A stretch of 64,000 nt of DNA from a bacterium (GTDB taxonomy: Bacteria > Electryoneota > RPQS01 > DYHQ01), in contig JAUXGA010000012.1 of assembly GCA_030622545.1 (NCBI GenBank), forward strand, positions 29,140 to 93,139, given 5' to 3'. The position numbers were made by a program, and so were the translations under genes. Below the pieces are notes generated by a model. The model saw only the letters and a list, made by a program, of their open reading frames with translations. It made no database searches and was not told the DNA's origin. Shown one piece after another: positions 1 through 11,500 of the stretch. Within the stretch, counting starts at the first letter, position 1, and each line of letters begins with the position of its first letter.

Positions 1-1198
1 CCAAAGCTCCGGCAAGCGCGAGCCGCACAGCGCCGTCAGGCGAACCGCGCTCGAAAGAAGGTTCGGCGAGCAATTCTTCGGCAAGACGCCAGTCGCCGGA
101 ATATAAACAGTATTCGTAGAGTTCGCGAATCCACCACGGTGTGCCGTCGGCGGTGTTGAAAACGATTTCGTCCGGGCGAGCGCGGTTGGGAATGCGGCCG
201 AACGTGTGCGACGTGAACTCTTTGTCCTGCCACCGGGCGAATTTGAGCAGAATAGCGCGCGCGGCATCGAAATGCCCAGTGACGAGTAGCGCTCCGGGCA
301 GCGAGATAAATGTGTCGCGTCCCCAGGCCTCGGCGAACCACGGATACCCTGCCCACAATTCCGAACCATCAGCGGCTTGCAAGTCGAGCAGCGATTTTTT
401 TGCCCAGCGAAGTGCGTCTGTGACGGTGGAATCGGTCGCACGAAATGCTGAAGAGGATAAAATACCTCGAAGTCTATTTCGCCGCATGAGGGAGGAAGCT
501 CCACGGTCGGCAAGTAATTTCCTCGCGGACGCAAGCGCGTCTTCTTCGGTCGCGCCATGCGTAATCACCCAATTGGACACGAGAATATGGAAGCGTTGTT
601 GCCCGTAGAACGGCCCAAAGGAAGTGAGGCTGTCGGGGAGCAAATACGATATTTGCTCCATGCGCCCTTGAAGAATTTCGTCGGAGGGCCACGCAGCGGC
701 GAGAAATACTTTTCCGTTGGGAGGAGGGCTGATGGTCAATGCGTCGGGGTGATGTTTGATATCTCGTTCGTCGAGCGCTCCCGGCGCAAAAACAAGTTCG
801 AGCGATAAATCCTGCGATGCTTCGCTTATTCCAAGTACTCGCACGAAATCTCGGATCGCCATATCGAGAACGAATATCATAGAGTCGGACGTGAAGCTGA
901 CTCCCTGCGCCCAGAAGTTTACTTTGGCTTTGGAGTGGTCGAAAAGTTTATCGCCGTGCCATAAGCGGATGTCATCGAAAAGTTTTTCTCCCGCGACTGT
1001 CAATCCCATGAACGGATTCTGACGTAGCGCTGCCGTTGTGCCGAAGAAAAAGGACGTTTCGTTGCCGGAGAAGATATAGCTACGTGCTGATTCTTGGGTC
1101 GGTGGGATGGGGTGGGTTTGCAAACGAACGTTTTGCGCAAGCAAGAGATTCACCATCACGAGAAGAAGAACAGTTAGCAGGGAATATCGTAAAAACAT
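1..1198 (-). CDS. Secreted amylo-alpha-1,6-glucosidase / glycogen debranching enzyme (GH133, GDE_C-like); 3' end runs off the window
   Basis: Not in the ORF track. Manual translation from ATG at 1198 (RBS AAGGA) gives the signal peptide MFLRYSLLTVLLLVMVNLLLAQ, then the motifs WAGYPWFAEAWGRDTFISLPG and GRIPN...FNTADGTPWW. Confidence 0.85.
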   Translation of the reverse strand, partial: MFLRYSLLTVLLLVMVNLLLAQNVRLQTHPIPPTQESARSYIFSGNETSFFFGTTAALRQNPFMGLTVAGEKLFDDIRLWHGDKLFDHSKAKVNFWAQGVSFTSDSMIFVLDMAIRDFVRVLGISEASQDLSLELVFAPGALDERDIKHHPDALTISPPPNGKVFLAAAWPSDEILQGRMEQISYLLPDSLTSFGPFYGQQRFHILVSNWVITHGATEEDALASARKLLADRGASSLMRRNRLRGILSSSAFRATDSTVTDALRWAKKSLLDLQAADGSELWAGYPWFAEAWGRDTFISLPGALLVTGHFDAARAILLKFARWQDKEFTSHTFGRIPNRARPDEIVFNTADGTPWWIRELYEYCLYSGDWRLAEELLAEPSFERGSPDGAVRLALAGAL

Positions 1199-1225
1199 TT
1201 TTTTATTCCTTTGCCGCGGCGAGTT

Positions 1226-1422
1226 GTAGGGACAAGGCTTGCCTTGTCCGTTTGATATGATTAATGCGGTCGGGTCACAGACACCGACCCTACAAAACGG
1301 GTGCGCGGGACGCATGCCGTAGCGGGTGTCTGTCAGCAAAGCGCCGCCGAAGAAGTTAAATTCCCCGGCGGCGGATTTTAGGTTTTCTTGTTTATCCGCG
1401 ACCGGAGGTCGCGGGTAGTAAA
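1226..1422. repeat. Cluster of REP-like palindromes and a probable terminator hairpin
   Basis: GTAGGGACAAGGCTTGCCTTGTCC; GTCGGGTCACAGACACCGACCCTAC; CGCCGCCG..CGGCGGCG; CCGCGACCGGAGGTCGCGGGTAGTAAA (1396-1422, identical copy at 12066-12092). Confidence 0.65.
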
Positions 1423-1432
1423 GGAATGCGAA

Positions 1433-4400
1433 TCAGCGCAGGAGAATCATTTTGCGTGTTGAAATGAAGTCACCCGCTCGCATCCGGTAGAAATAGATGC
1501 CGGAGCCGACAGGTGAACCAAATTGATTGTGCCCATCCCAGACAATCTGATGAACGCCTGCCGAATAAACATCATCAGTCAGGACTTTCACCTGCTGCCC
1601 TATGACATTATAGATAGCGATGGTCACGCGGCTGCGGCTGGAAATCTCAAAGGGGATGGTGCAAGTCGGGTTGAACGGATTCGGATAGTTTTGCTTCAGC
1701 GCGAATACTTCGGGGATTTCAATCGATTGTTCAGGCGCGTCAAGCTGAATCGGTTCGTCGGCAATCACCCACACCCGTCCCTGATAACCGCTCAAGCTCG
1801 AAACGATAGTCGTAAGTTGTGCGCCGGTGCGCTCAAGGTATGTACCGGTCAAGAGCTCGCTTAAGTAGTAGGTCGAATCCGGGTGAAGCCCAATGTCTCC
1901 AGTTGGAACCGCAATGGAAGGCACCTGTGAATTGGATGCCATGTTGAGCGCGACGATAATTGGAAGTTCGCCTTCAATATACCGCAGATATGAGTACACC
2001 GCACCGGATTGGCTGTTGCTGATACGTTCTACATGACGCCCGCGGATGGATGGGAATTGCTCGCGGAGTTGGCAGAGCTGGTAGTAGTAATGCGAAAGCC
2101 CTTCCGGACCTCCGTACCAGTCAATCAAGCCGCGCTGGGATGTTTCACCGACTTCCTGACCTGCGTAGATGAGCGGCACACCGTCAATGGTGAGCAGAAG
2201 CAGAGCCGCCAGTTTCGTTTGCGCTGTGGTGTTGTAGGAAATGTAGCGGCCTTCATCGTGGTTTTCCAGAAAACGGAAAGGATATTTGTAGGGCGGATAG
2301 GGATAGCCGTAGTTCGTGATGAGCGTATTGAGATTGTTGATGCTCGGAATACCGCCTTGGAACAAATCAGAGAATCCCTCATGGTAAAGTGTCCAATCGT
2401 AGAGCAAATCGAATCGGTCGTAGAAGTCGTTGAATTCGTTTGCACCCATTTCTCCCAAAAGCAGGATTTCGGGATAGAGTTGCTTCAGTGCATCATGCCA
2501 TTGCGGCCAGAAGCTCGGTGTCCGATCTTGCGGGCCCCACGCCACATCGCAGCGATACCCATCCACGCCGTATTCCTCCACCCAGTATTTCGAAACATCG
2601 ATAAAGTATTTGACGACTTCCGGGTTATCGAAGTTCAGATTCGGCATGTTTGTCCAGTTGTAATAGTAAGTGTAATCACCGTTAGGATCGCGGTCGTAAT
2701 AATCCCAGTAGTGCGAAAAGCGTCCGTAGCGAAGCGCGTCCTGCATGAAGGGATGCTGAATCGATGTGTGATTAATCACCAAATCCAGAAGAACGCCGAT
2801 GTCATAGGAATGGGCGGCGTCAATCAGGTCGCGCATATCCTGTTCGGTGCCGAGGTCTTCTTCAACTCCGTAGTAATCCACAATCTCATAGCCGTGTTCA
2901 GTCGGACCGGGAAAGGTCGGTGTGAGCCAGATGTAGTTGACGCCCAGGCCGGCGATTCGCTCCATGTCCGCTGCAATCGCCGCGAGATTATCACTGGTCG
3001 AATAGGCACGCGGATAGATTTCATAGACGATGGCGTCGCGCACTTTCCAAGTGGATTCATCCAGCTCGAACGCGTCCACTGAATCATCATAGACCGTGAA
3101 GGCGGTTTTAGCGGTGACTCCCGGGCCGGTCGCTTCGTCCAAATCGAGCGAGAAAAAATATTCGCCGTTGGATTCCGGCAAAGCGAAGCTTGCGACGGCG
3201 GCGTCCGGATTTGTCAGTGTAACTTCTTCCGGATTATCTTCATCGGCACTCCAGAGATATTCCAGATTTGGACTGTCGGGGTCAGTCGAAGCGGAAGCGT
3301 CCAGGACTCCTTCATCGCCTTCGACACGCGCATCAATGACCGGCTCGGGCGTGTGATTGACGTCAAGTACGAATACAGTTTGCGATGACCGGCCGGTATC
3401 GCCAACGGCATCAATCCCTTCCAGAGAGAATGTGTTGATGCCTTCGACCAGAGTCACATCGACTGTGAACGTATCTTCGGTTGTGGGAATAACAATCGGC
3501 GGATTGTCGTTTTGGTAGAGATTGATAGAGACGACGGTCTCTGCACTTTCGAACGTACCCGTGAGTTCCTGATCCGCGAAAATCGTTGACGCGCCGCGGG
3601 AAAGAATGGTCATGATGGGCCCGCTGTGGAAAACATTCGGGCCGATACTGTCGGGATGAATCGCGACGAAACCGCGTCCGGTCGCATCAAAGGTCGCCGT
3701 GCGGTTGTCCGACCAATTCATAAGCAACACATTTTGCAGGCGCGGTGTAATAAACAGCGCATCGAAAATGTCCGGGTCGGACGGACTGTCATCTCCGCCG
3801 TGAGCCGCGTCAATTTCGTACGCGTCGCCGTCAGACGGGTCAGTTAGAAACGCGCAGCAACTGAAGTACCACTCGGCCTGATAATTGCCCATCACAGCTT
3901 CCAAGTCGGCGCGGGCAAGTTTGAATTCGAAACGGTCTTCGCCATAGGCAACCGGGTCGAGTTGGATTTCGGCGCCGTAGGTCAGCGGCGAACGCGATAG
4001 GTAGAGTGTGTTTAAAAGCGCAGGGCTTGTCGCGCCGGTTGTCGTATCGCCTAAAACGAACGCCACGCCGCGACCGTTCCAATCCGGGAATTCTGCTTCC
4101 AAACTGAATGCCGCTGTGGGGGCAAACGGCGGTGCGATGTCACTCAGGATGTGCATGAAGACGCGGGTTTGTTCGGTGATGACATCAATCTCGACCATAA
4201 ACGCTAAGCTGTCTCCTTCAGCCGCTTCGGAAATAACGAAGCCTAACAAATCAGCATCGCCTTCAACGCTATAAGGATCCGAGTAGGAGCCCGGTCCAAA
4301 ATCATCTGCCCGAGAATCAAGTGCGTAGAAGCCTTCCTCGGATTCGACAACCCATACCGCCCGCGTTGCTGTGCGGTCTCGTGCGGCGCTGTCCTGCGCT

Positions 4401-5719
4401 GTCACCGCAATTTCATGCTCGCCGGGATATGCGGTAATCGGTTCAATCCAGAGACTATCACTTCCCGGATACCAGATGGAGACGTTGGGCGTATCATCCC
4501 GAGTCACACTGGGGTCGCCTTGAAGGCCGGGACCTAAATCGCCTTTACGAACTTTTGCCCACGGTGAGATTTCCGCTGTAGCGCCGCGATAGATTTCCCC
4601 TTCAGGAGGATAAAACTGATAAATCTGCGGCAGTGTATCCAGAGAAATGGTAATGAGATTATTGTGGTAGCCGCCGGGAGCGAAATTGGGATTGTCCGGG
4701 TCATTTTGCCATTCGCTGCCATTCAGAACAAACTTGTACTCATGCGTTCCTGCTGGAATAGCGAATTCCTTCATCCACACACCGTTTTCATCCGGCCCGT
4801 CGAGCGGGTCATGGGAGGTACTCCAGCCGTTGAACGTTCCGGCTAAATTGACGGAAGTGATGGTTCCAATGTATCCGGCAAACGCCGAGCGCGGATCATA
4901 GGCGAAAACGTGATGCGCCAGAATCGGTTCCGGTGGTTCTTCGAGGATAATATCCCAGTTGGCGCCGCCATTGTCGTCCCAATTGGTTCCATCGAGCGTG
5001 ACGAAATGGATGGTGTACGTCGTATCATTGCTTTGGATGGACAGAGACCAGATGCCGCCGCCTTGAGAATTCATCGGCGTCTGCACGGCATGACCATCGC
5101 CCCAGGGAACCGTTCCCGGAGGCCACATGCTTGCCGGAGGTTCCTGCCAAGCGCCGTGATAAGGTTCGTTGATTCCCCAGTGAAGAAGGACGGTGGTAGC
5201 GCCGTCGGGAAGTGCGCCGGGAATCGTGTTGTAATTGATGGTCACTAAATCACCCGGTTCGGGTTCTTCCGGTGACCACCAGACCACGACTTCATCGGTG
5301 ACAAAGTCGATGTGCCAGTTTGCGTTGCTGTTGTTGTCCCAATTATCGCCAAGGTCTGTGAAGACGAATTCGATATGGCGGATGCTCGTATCCGGATCGA
5401 TAGCGAGAGTCCAGACGGTATCGGCACCTGCAACCATCGGACTCTGAACGGCATAACCGTCCCCGGAAAGCTGGGAACCGTCCGGCCAAATTTCTTCCGG
5501 CGGAGCAGACCAAGCGCCGGAGTTGGGATCGACCACGCCCCAGTGCATCCACACCTGAGCGATATCCGGTCCTAAAACTCCGATGCGGGAATCATAGTGG
5601 ATTGTAAATGGTTGACCGACGGCAGGAGCTTCGGGATCCCACCAGACATGCTGCGCAAGCGCTGTGGTTCCAAGAAGCAGTGTGATTGCCAAAACAAAGT
5701 ATCGCATGCGCGATTTCAT
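1433..5719 (-). CDS. Multimodular secreted GH13 alpha-amylase-family enzyme (2x CBM25/53-like, CBM48-like, Ig-like, T9SS-type CTD)
   Basis: GH13 motifs DLVINH, GYRCDVA, LLGEMG, FLENHDE; signal peptide; C-terminal LKQNYPNPFNP...SGIYFYRM...RKMILLR. Confidence 0.9.
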   Translation of the reverse strand: MKSRMRYFVLAITLLLGTTALAQHVWWDPEAPAVGQPFTIHYDSRIGVLGPDIAQVWMHWGVVDPNSGAWSAPPEEIWPDGSQLSGDGYAVQSPMVAGADTVWTLAIDPDTSIRHIEFVFTDLGDNWDNNSNANWHIDFVTDEVVVWWSPEEPEPGDLVTINYNTIPGALPDGATTVLLHWGINEPYHGAWQEPPASMWPPGTVPWGDGHAVQTPMNSQGGGIWSLSIQSNDTTYTIHFVTLDGTNWDDNGGANWDIILEEPPEPILAHHVFAYDPRSAFAGYIGTITSVNLAGTFNGWSTSHDPLDGPDENGVWMKEFAIPAGTHEYKFVLNGSEWQNDPDNPNFAPGGYHNNLITISLDTLPQIYQFYPPEGEIYRGATAEISPWAKVRKGDLGPGLQGDPSVTRDDTPNVSIWYPGSDSLWIEPITAYPGEHEIAVTAQDSAARDRTATRAVWVVESEEGFYALDSRADDFGPGSYSDPYSVEGDADLLGFVISEAAEGDSLAFMVEIDVITEQTRVFMHILSDIAPPFAPTAAFSLEAEFPDWNGRGVAFVLGDTTTGATSPALLNTLYLSRSPLTYGAEIQLDPVAYGEDRFEFKLARADLEAVMGNYQAEWYFSCCAFLTDPSDGDAYEIDAAHGGDDSPSDPDIFDALFITPRLQNVLLMNWSDNRTATFDATGRGFVAIHPDSIGPNVFHSGPIMTILSRGASTIFADQELTGTFESAETVVSINLYQNDNPPIVIPTTEDTFTVDVTLVEGINTFSLEGIDAVGDTGRSSQTVFVLDVNHTPEPVIDARVEGDEGVLDASASTDPDSPNLEYLWSADEDNPEEVTLTNPDAAVASFALPESNGEYFFSLDLDEATGPGVTAKTAFTVYDDSVDAFELDESTWKVRDAIVYEIYPRAYSTSDNLAAIAADMERIAGLGVNYIWLTPTFPGPTEHGYEIVDYYGVEEDLGTEQDMRDLIDAAHSYDIGVLLDLVINHTSIQHPFMQDALRYGRFSHYWDYYDRDPNGDYTYYYNWTNMPNLNFDNPEVVKYFIDVSKYWVEEYGVDGYRCDVAWGPQDRTPSFWPQWHDALKQLYPEILLLGEMGANEFNDFYDRFDLLYDWTLYHEGFSDLFQGGIPSINNLNTLITNYGYPYPPYKYPFRFLENHDEGRYISYNTTAQTKLAALLLLTIDGVPLIYAGQEVGETSQRGLIDWYGGPEGLSHYYYQLCQLREQFPSIRGRHVERISNSQSGAVYSYLRYIEGELPIIVALNMASNSQVPSIAVPTGDIGLHPDSTYYLSELLTGTYLERTGAQLTTIVSSLSGYQGRVWVIADEPIQLDAPEQSIEIPEVFALKQNYPNPFNPTCTIPFEISSRSRVTIAIYNVIGQQVKVLTDDVYSAGVHQIVWDGHNQFGSPVGSGIYFYRMRAGDFISTRKMILLR

Positions 5720-5979
5720 GATTTCGCCTCATAATTTATCGTTTCTTAAATGAATTTCGAATGTCGAGGCAGGCTTAAGCCAGCCCGTAGGCGCGGAACA
5801 GGATGCAGTCTCAAAAATCGGTGAGGAATTAGAACCAAATCCTAAAGGCTGGCTCTGCCTGCCTTTCCTTTCCGGCTGAAAGGGATGAGCCTCAAGAAAA
5901 TTCGATAGCCGAGGCGGGTCACATTTCACCCACCTCGGCATCGCTGTCGATATAAATCTTTTCGAGTCGGCAGCTTCTA

Positions 5980-7503
5980 CTATTTCAGCACGAGCATCTT
6001 GCGTACAGCGTGCATGGAACCGGCATCAACACTGTAGAAGTAGAGGCCGGTGGAAAGATTCTCCGCCGAGAAATGGATGTGATGAAGCCCGGCTGCTCTC
6101 GGCCCCAGATCCATCTTCGCCACTTCCTGACCCAAAACGTTGAACACCTTAAACGTCACCTGTTCGGGAAACGGCAGCGAGAAGCTGATTTGTGTCGTCG
6201 GGTTGAAGGGATTCGGGTAGTTCTGGTACAATGTGAAGACATCGGGAATCGCAGCGTCGTATGTAGGTTCGGCTGCTGATCCGCAAACCCAGAGGTAATC
6301 GTCGAAGATGTCGCCCAATTCTCCCCAGCAATCGACAGGGAGTGTCATCGTCGGCGAAGAGTCGTCGAGAATCAGGACGTGGTCTGCGCCGAAACCCGCC
6401 TCGTTATCATAGTCATTCGCGCCGTACTTATAGGGATGGGGGCGCGCTGTTCCGGCGTCAAAGTGAATCGACACCGTCCAGATGCTGTCTCCGGCTACTT
6501 CATCCGGAGCAACACCGTCATCATTCATCTGCTGTGCCTCTGGAATGCTGCCCCAGCTCCAAATATTCCAGAGACCGTTGATGCCGACACCTTCAATGAC
6601 TCGAACGGTATCTTGGCCTGTCTGAACATCCAGGATATAGCCGATGTCATTGATTGCCAGATAGGCCGGACGAACATCGCAGGTGAAAATCACATCGACG
6701 GGATTCTCAGTGATGTCTTCAAACGTCACATCTGAGAAGAAGACCGTATCGAGGGTGACTTCATGGTAACCGTTGCCGCCGGGGGGAGGTAGGTCATCCG
6801 GTTCACTGCCGTCGAAAGCAGCTTGTCGATTTCCACCGCCTGTCGGCGTTTCCCAGATGGGATTTTCCGGGTCGCCGTTTGTCAAAATGACATACTTAAA
6901 CTCAATCGCACCGGGATAGGCGATATTGTCGAACTGTACCCAACCGGAATAAAGACCGGGTGAGCCAGTCACTTCGGGTAACTGGTTTGCGTCGCCGCCC
7001 CATTCCAACGGCGGTGTACCGCCGCGCACCATCACGACGTCCAAATTAGGATCGAAGTCCCCGGTCAGGATCTGCACCCGCATATCCACGCGGAACAAGA
7101 CTTCCAGATCAATCGCGGATGAGGAACTCTGGTTGTTGTAATAGACCACATCCAAAGTTGCATCACCGGTAACCGTATGGGTTCGGTTGTCGGCGATGCT
7201 TTCCCATCGATCATCTCCAGCACTGCGATCGATGAGCACGTATTTGAACTCAATAGCGCCTGAATCAATGGCCAGGGTAATGCGATAGACGCTGTCCGGC
7301 GGGGTGGTCGTCAGGATGTCAGTATATCCTATCCACCCATTCATGGAGCCTCGGATAAGTACGGTGTCTGCGGCGGGATTAAAATTTCCAAGGCGTTCTT
7401 GGACCGCCATGTTGACCTGAAACGTGATGTTGGCTGCTGTCGCCACACCGACGAACGCCAGCAGGAGCAGGCCTGTGATGAGAAACGCATAGCGCGATTT
7501 CAT
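5980..7503 (-). CDS. Non-catalytic CBM20-like starch-binding protein with T9SS-type CTD
   Basis: Repeated F(Q/R)V(N/D)M...RG...IEFKYV...WE modules, an MNDDG..D..AGDSIW motif and the CTD LYQNYPNPFNP. Likely start ATG 7503 after GGAGG. Confidence 0.75.
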   Translation of the reverse strand: MKSRYAFLITGLLLLAFVGVATAANITFQVNMAVQERLGNFNPAADTVLIRGSMNGWIGYTDILTTTPPDSVYRITLAIDSGAIEFKYVLIDRSAGDDRWESIADNRTHTVTGDATLDVVYYNNQSSSSAIDLEVLFRVDMRVQILTGDFDPNLDVVMVRGGTPPLEWGGDANQLPEVTGSPGLYSGWVQFDNIAYPGAIEFKYVILTNGDPENPIWETPTGGGNRQAAFDGSEPDDLPPPGGNGYHEVTLDTVFFSDVTFEDITENPVDVIFTCDVRPAYLAINDIGYILDVQTGQDTVRVIEGVGINGLWNIWSWGSIPEAQQMNDDGVAPDEVAGDSIWTVSIHFDAGTARPHPYKYGANDYDNEAGFGADHVLILDDSSPTMTLPVDCWGELGDIFDDYLWVCGSAAEPTYDAAIPDVFTLYQNYPNPFNPTTQISFSLPFPEQVTFKVFNVLGQEVAKMDLGPRAAGLHHIHFSAENLSTGLYFYSVDAGSMHAVRKMLVLK

Positions 7504-7556
7504 GATTGTGCCCTCCAAAATGATGTTATGGTGATTTCATGTTGAAATGATGTTCT

Positions 7557-8573
7557 TTAAAAATCAACGCCGATGGAATATTTATAAATATCCCCGAGGC
7601 GGTTGAAGTCTTCATAGGCAAAGTCGAGATGCAGACCGAAGCCCGCCCTCAGCGGCGGCACCAGTCCGATACCGAATGTTAATCCTTCTTCGGAATCTTG
7701 CCGAAAGAGGGATTTGTATCCGGTACGCAAGGCGAACAGTTTCTGGTACCAGTATTCCGCGCCGATGTTCATGGATTCCGTGTTATCGTTCGGATGCTGT
7801 GCGCTGATCGCCATAGTTAATTTGTGATCCTTCTGTTCGATGACTTCCATCGCCGCACCCACTCGCAGATTCAGCGGCAGCGGCCATGCGTCGGTTCGAA
7901 GTTCGGCCATGATGTTGGCATTGTTCCCCTCCTTGATAGGGTCGGGGTCATAAAGAACAAGCATATCCTTGCCGCGCATCTGCATATCGGAACCGAAATT
8001 GGAAATCGCCATCCCAATGCGCATCCCGTGAAACGGCGTGGTGTAGAGCGTGCCAACATCCAGCGCAAACGCTTCAGCGCTCTCGTGCCAGATTTTCTGC
8101 TGAATGTATTTGCCGGTAAAACCGATAGAGAAACGATCCGTCAGCGAAATTGCATAGGAGAGTCCCACCGCTAAATCAGATGCGTTAAAAAAGACGCCGG
8201 TCCCGTCCTGATGACGTTCCGTCGTGACTTCCATTTCTCCCATAGAGAGCATCGTGGTTGAAACACCGATAGCGCCTGCATCGGGAATCGGAAAAACCGC
8301 GCCGACGAAATCGAAGCTCAAATCGGCGAGCCAGTCTGTGTGCAAGAGGATGATTTCGTAGCGGGAAAGCCGTGCGATACCCGCGGGATTCCAGTAAAGG
8401 CTTGTCGCGTCATCGGCGACCGACACAAACGCTCCGCCCATCCCCAGCGCGCGCGCGCCGACGGCAATGCCTAAAAAAGGCGCGGCGGTCGTGCCGACTT
8501 TCGTTTGCGCGGAAGCGGGCTGCAAAACTATCAGAAGCGCGAATATCAGGCAAAAAGATTTTAGCTTTTTCAT
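7557..8573 (-). CDS. PorV/PorQ-family outer-membrane beta-barrel protein
   Basis: GTTAAPFLGIAVGARALGMGGAF...DATSLYWNPAG signature; C-terminal Phe. Confidence 0.85.
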   Translation of the reverse strand: MKKLKSFCLIFALLIVLQPASAQTKVGTTAAPFLGIAVGARALGMGGAFVSVADDATSLYWNPAGIARLSRYEIILLHTDWLADLSFDFVGAVFPIPDAGAIGVSTTMLSMGEMEVTTERHQDGTGVFFNASDLAVGLSYAISLTDRFSIGFTGKYIQQKIWHESAEAFALDVGTLYTTPFHGMRIGMAISNFGSDMQMRGKDMLVLYDPDPIKEGNNANIMAELRTDAWPLPLNLRVGAAMEVIEQKDHKLTMAISAQHPNDNTESMNIGAEYWYQKLFALRTGYKSLFRQDSEEGLTFGIGLVPPLRAGFGLHLDFAYEDFNRLGDIYKYSIGVDF

Positions 8574-11500
8574 TTGATTAATGCAAATTTTCCGACGGTT
8601 TCACCCCAAGGGGATTCGATGTGGTAAATATACACGCCATAAGCAACATCCAGCCCATCTTTGGAACGCAAATCCCACTGTTCCGTTCCCTCGTCAATGG
8701 TGACATTATGCTGAATCGTGCGGACAAGGTCTCCGCGGACGGTGTAGATGCGAATTGTGCAGTCCTTGGGCAGATGGATGAACGTAACGTTCCGAGGACC
8801 GCGACCCGAACTGTACGGATTGGCGGGCTCCTGAGTCGATGTCGCCAGATAGGGATTCGGATAGACCCGGATCCGGTCGAGCTGAACAGCGGCGTCGGTG
8901 ATTTTTGCGCCGCTGGTCGTGTAGCCGTAGCGGTCTGCCGCCGTGAAGGGTTGATAAAGGAAGACTCTTAGTGTATCACCGGAACGTGGATTCAAATCAT
9001 GTTCTTCGTCCGCGAGAAATGCCGCCGCCCAAGTGAGTACCGTGTCTTCTTCGAAGATGAGAATCACTTCCGGATATTCGACGCGTCCGTTTCGTGTGGA
9101 ATCCTTTTCCTGAAAGGCGAACGCGACTCGTTCATCACGATTCAGATTGCGCACCGTGAAATAGGTTGGTACTTCCGGCAGCACGAAAAGGTCGTACCAG
9201 TTGAAATATTTGGCGGTATCGATAACCTGATCAGAGAAAATTATTTCGTAATCCGCTACCCATGGGATTCCCTGCAGGAACACATCCGGGTAATTCGCGA
9301 CCCTAAAGGTGAAATCCAGTAATCGTTCAGCGGCGGCTGACGTGTCCACCCACCCGGAAAGCTCAGGGACGGAAATTGTCTGGCGGGGCGTTAAAAAGTA
9401 GAGCCGTTGGCCGTGGAACAGCGCCGATTCCTGAATGCGGAAATGTTGCTCGACACTATAGATTCCGGGAGGATATCCGAAGAGCGAATCATAATAGGGC
9501 GCAAACGTGTCGAAAATCCAGTCGTCAATCGGTCCGTCAACAAACGGCTCATGCCAGAGAACCGTGTCAGGCTCGGGCGTGCCGCTCAGGTCAATGACAT
9601 TGTAGCCATAAGCGCCAGCGCCGCTGTCATCGAAAGTCACCGCATATTCATGGCCATCTTTGATTTCGCGCGGGTCGAAGACTTCCACATAAATACTGCC
9701 CAGCGAACGACCCGTTATATGACGCACGCGCTCTATCTCCGGATGGGTGTAGCCTGCTGCCGGTGCGCGAGGGGTGATCTGAATGGTATTGACGTCCGTC
9801 GTCAGGTTGCCGCCTTCATCGAGTAGAATGTATTTACTGGTTTCCGCGGGGAAGATATTCTTTTCGACATCGCCGTGGTCATAGGCGCAGACCGCGTAAT
9901 AATACGTCTGTCCGTTTTCCGCGGTGGTGTCCGTCCAGACATGTCGGATTCCGGAATCGTCTCCCAAGTAGAACGACGCTCCATTGATGGCGGTCGGGAA
10001 AAAGCCGGCATTGCCGTTGTTCAAATCAAATTGCGCGATGGGACGGCTGAAGATTTTGCGGCCGCGACCGTCGGTAATGGTAAAGACTTCGTTGAAGCCC
10101 GGATCAGTTGCGCGGTAGATTTTATAACCTTCGAAATCGAAACCGGTCGTCGGGTCATAAGAATCTTCGGCGATATTATCCCAATAGAGCGTCACTCTCC
10201 CGTCGCCGGGAACCGCTCTTATCGTCGCTTTGTCTGGTGGTCTCGCGAAGTTGTAGTTTTCGTTATAAATCTGCTGAACCGTTGCCTTGTTGTCGATGAT
10301 ATCCGAGAAGTCTTCCCCGAAGAGCAGCGCCATGGAAAAGCGCTCCGTCTGGCCGGGAATCAACGGGAAGTAGCCCGAGCCATAGACAAAATCGCCGTCT
10401 TCAGGAGTTGGAGATACTTCATCGAAGCGGCCGGGTTTCATGCGTTCCCATAAACCGTCATCATCATTCATCCGCACAGCGCCCGGCGGCGAGAAATATT
10501 CAAAAGAAGACAAGCCAATCTGATCCGATTCATCCACATCCGTACGGTCAAAGTGAGGTTCGCCCGGTGTAGGAATGCCGTCGCCTTCGCCTTCGTCACC
10601 GGTCAAGCGAGCTCCATCCGCACCGACGTCATCTGTGAAAGGATCCCAGTCTCCATCATTGTCGATGCTGTCATCCCGGGCTTCGTCAATCATCAAATCA
10701 GACAATCCTCGACCGGTAAAGTAATCCACATATTTCAAATCCTCATGGTCAGGCATGCGTTCATCAATAAGCCCGTTAAAATTATCATCAATGCCATTCC
10801 GGGGATTTTCGACAACCGGTTCGCCTGCGTGTAGTCTATGCTGTTGGTCACGGACATAATAAACAAGAGGTCCCGGATCGGGAAAGGTCGTATTTTGGCG
10901 TTCATACGTATTGTAATCGATCAGAATCAAGTCGTCGCCCGGTTGGAATGCCATGGGCTGAATCATTTCATAGAGAACATTCGAGGTCAGCACCGGGCTT
11001 GAAGGATCCGGGCTGTCTCCGTCGTTGTCGATACCGTCGAAAGGATTGCCGGGAGATTCGAGAAACGCATAGCCGGCATAACCGACGCACTGCAAATCTC
11101 CGCAAACCCAGCCGGGAGAGCCGACGTCGTCGGAATCCCAAGAATACGTGATATCGCTCTGCGTATCGAACCATGCGAGGTCGTCGCGGGAATCTTGCCT
11201 GCCGCCGGAAAGCGTTCCGACGACCATGCCGAAGGCGACTTTATCGAAGGGGGTCGTGCCCACATTCGTGATTTCATAGAGCCAGAAGATACAATCTTCG
11301 GCGAGGAAGTGCGACCATTGCAAGGCGCGCACGAGGACGCGAAGGCCGCAGCCGCGACGGGTGGAATCGGTGGAATCGGGATAGAAGAAATAGTGAACAC
11401 CAGCGGTGTCGATGCGTTCGAACCATTCTTCATCAGCGTTGTCATCCATCTGGAAATAGGCTTCCTGATCCGCGCTGAATTGGTCTTTGCCGAAGTAGCC

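Noticed and set aside
141..1260. Plus-strand ORFs 141-608, 557-808, 756-1022 and 1036-1260
   Set aside because: Antisense shadows of the minus-strand debranching enzyme gene
2009..3082. 357-aa plus-strand ORF
   Set aside because: Antisense to the GH13 catalytic domain; no motifs
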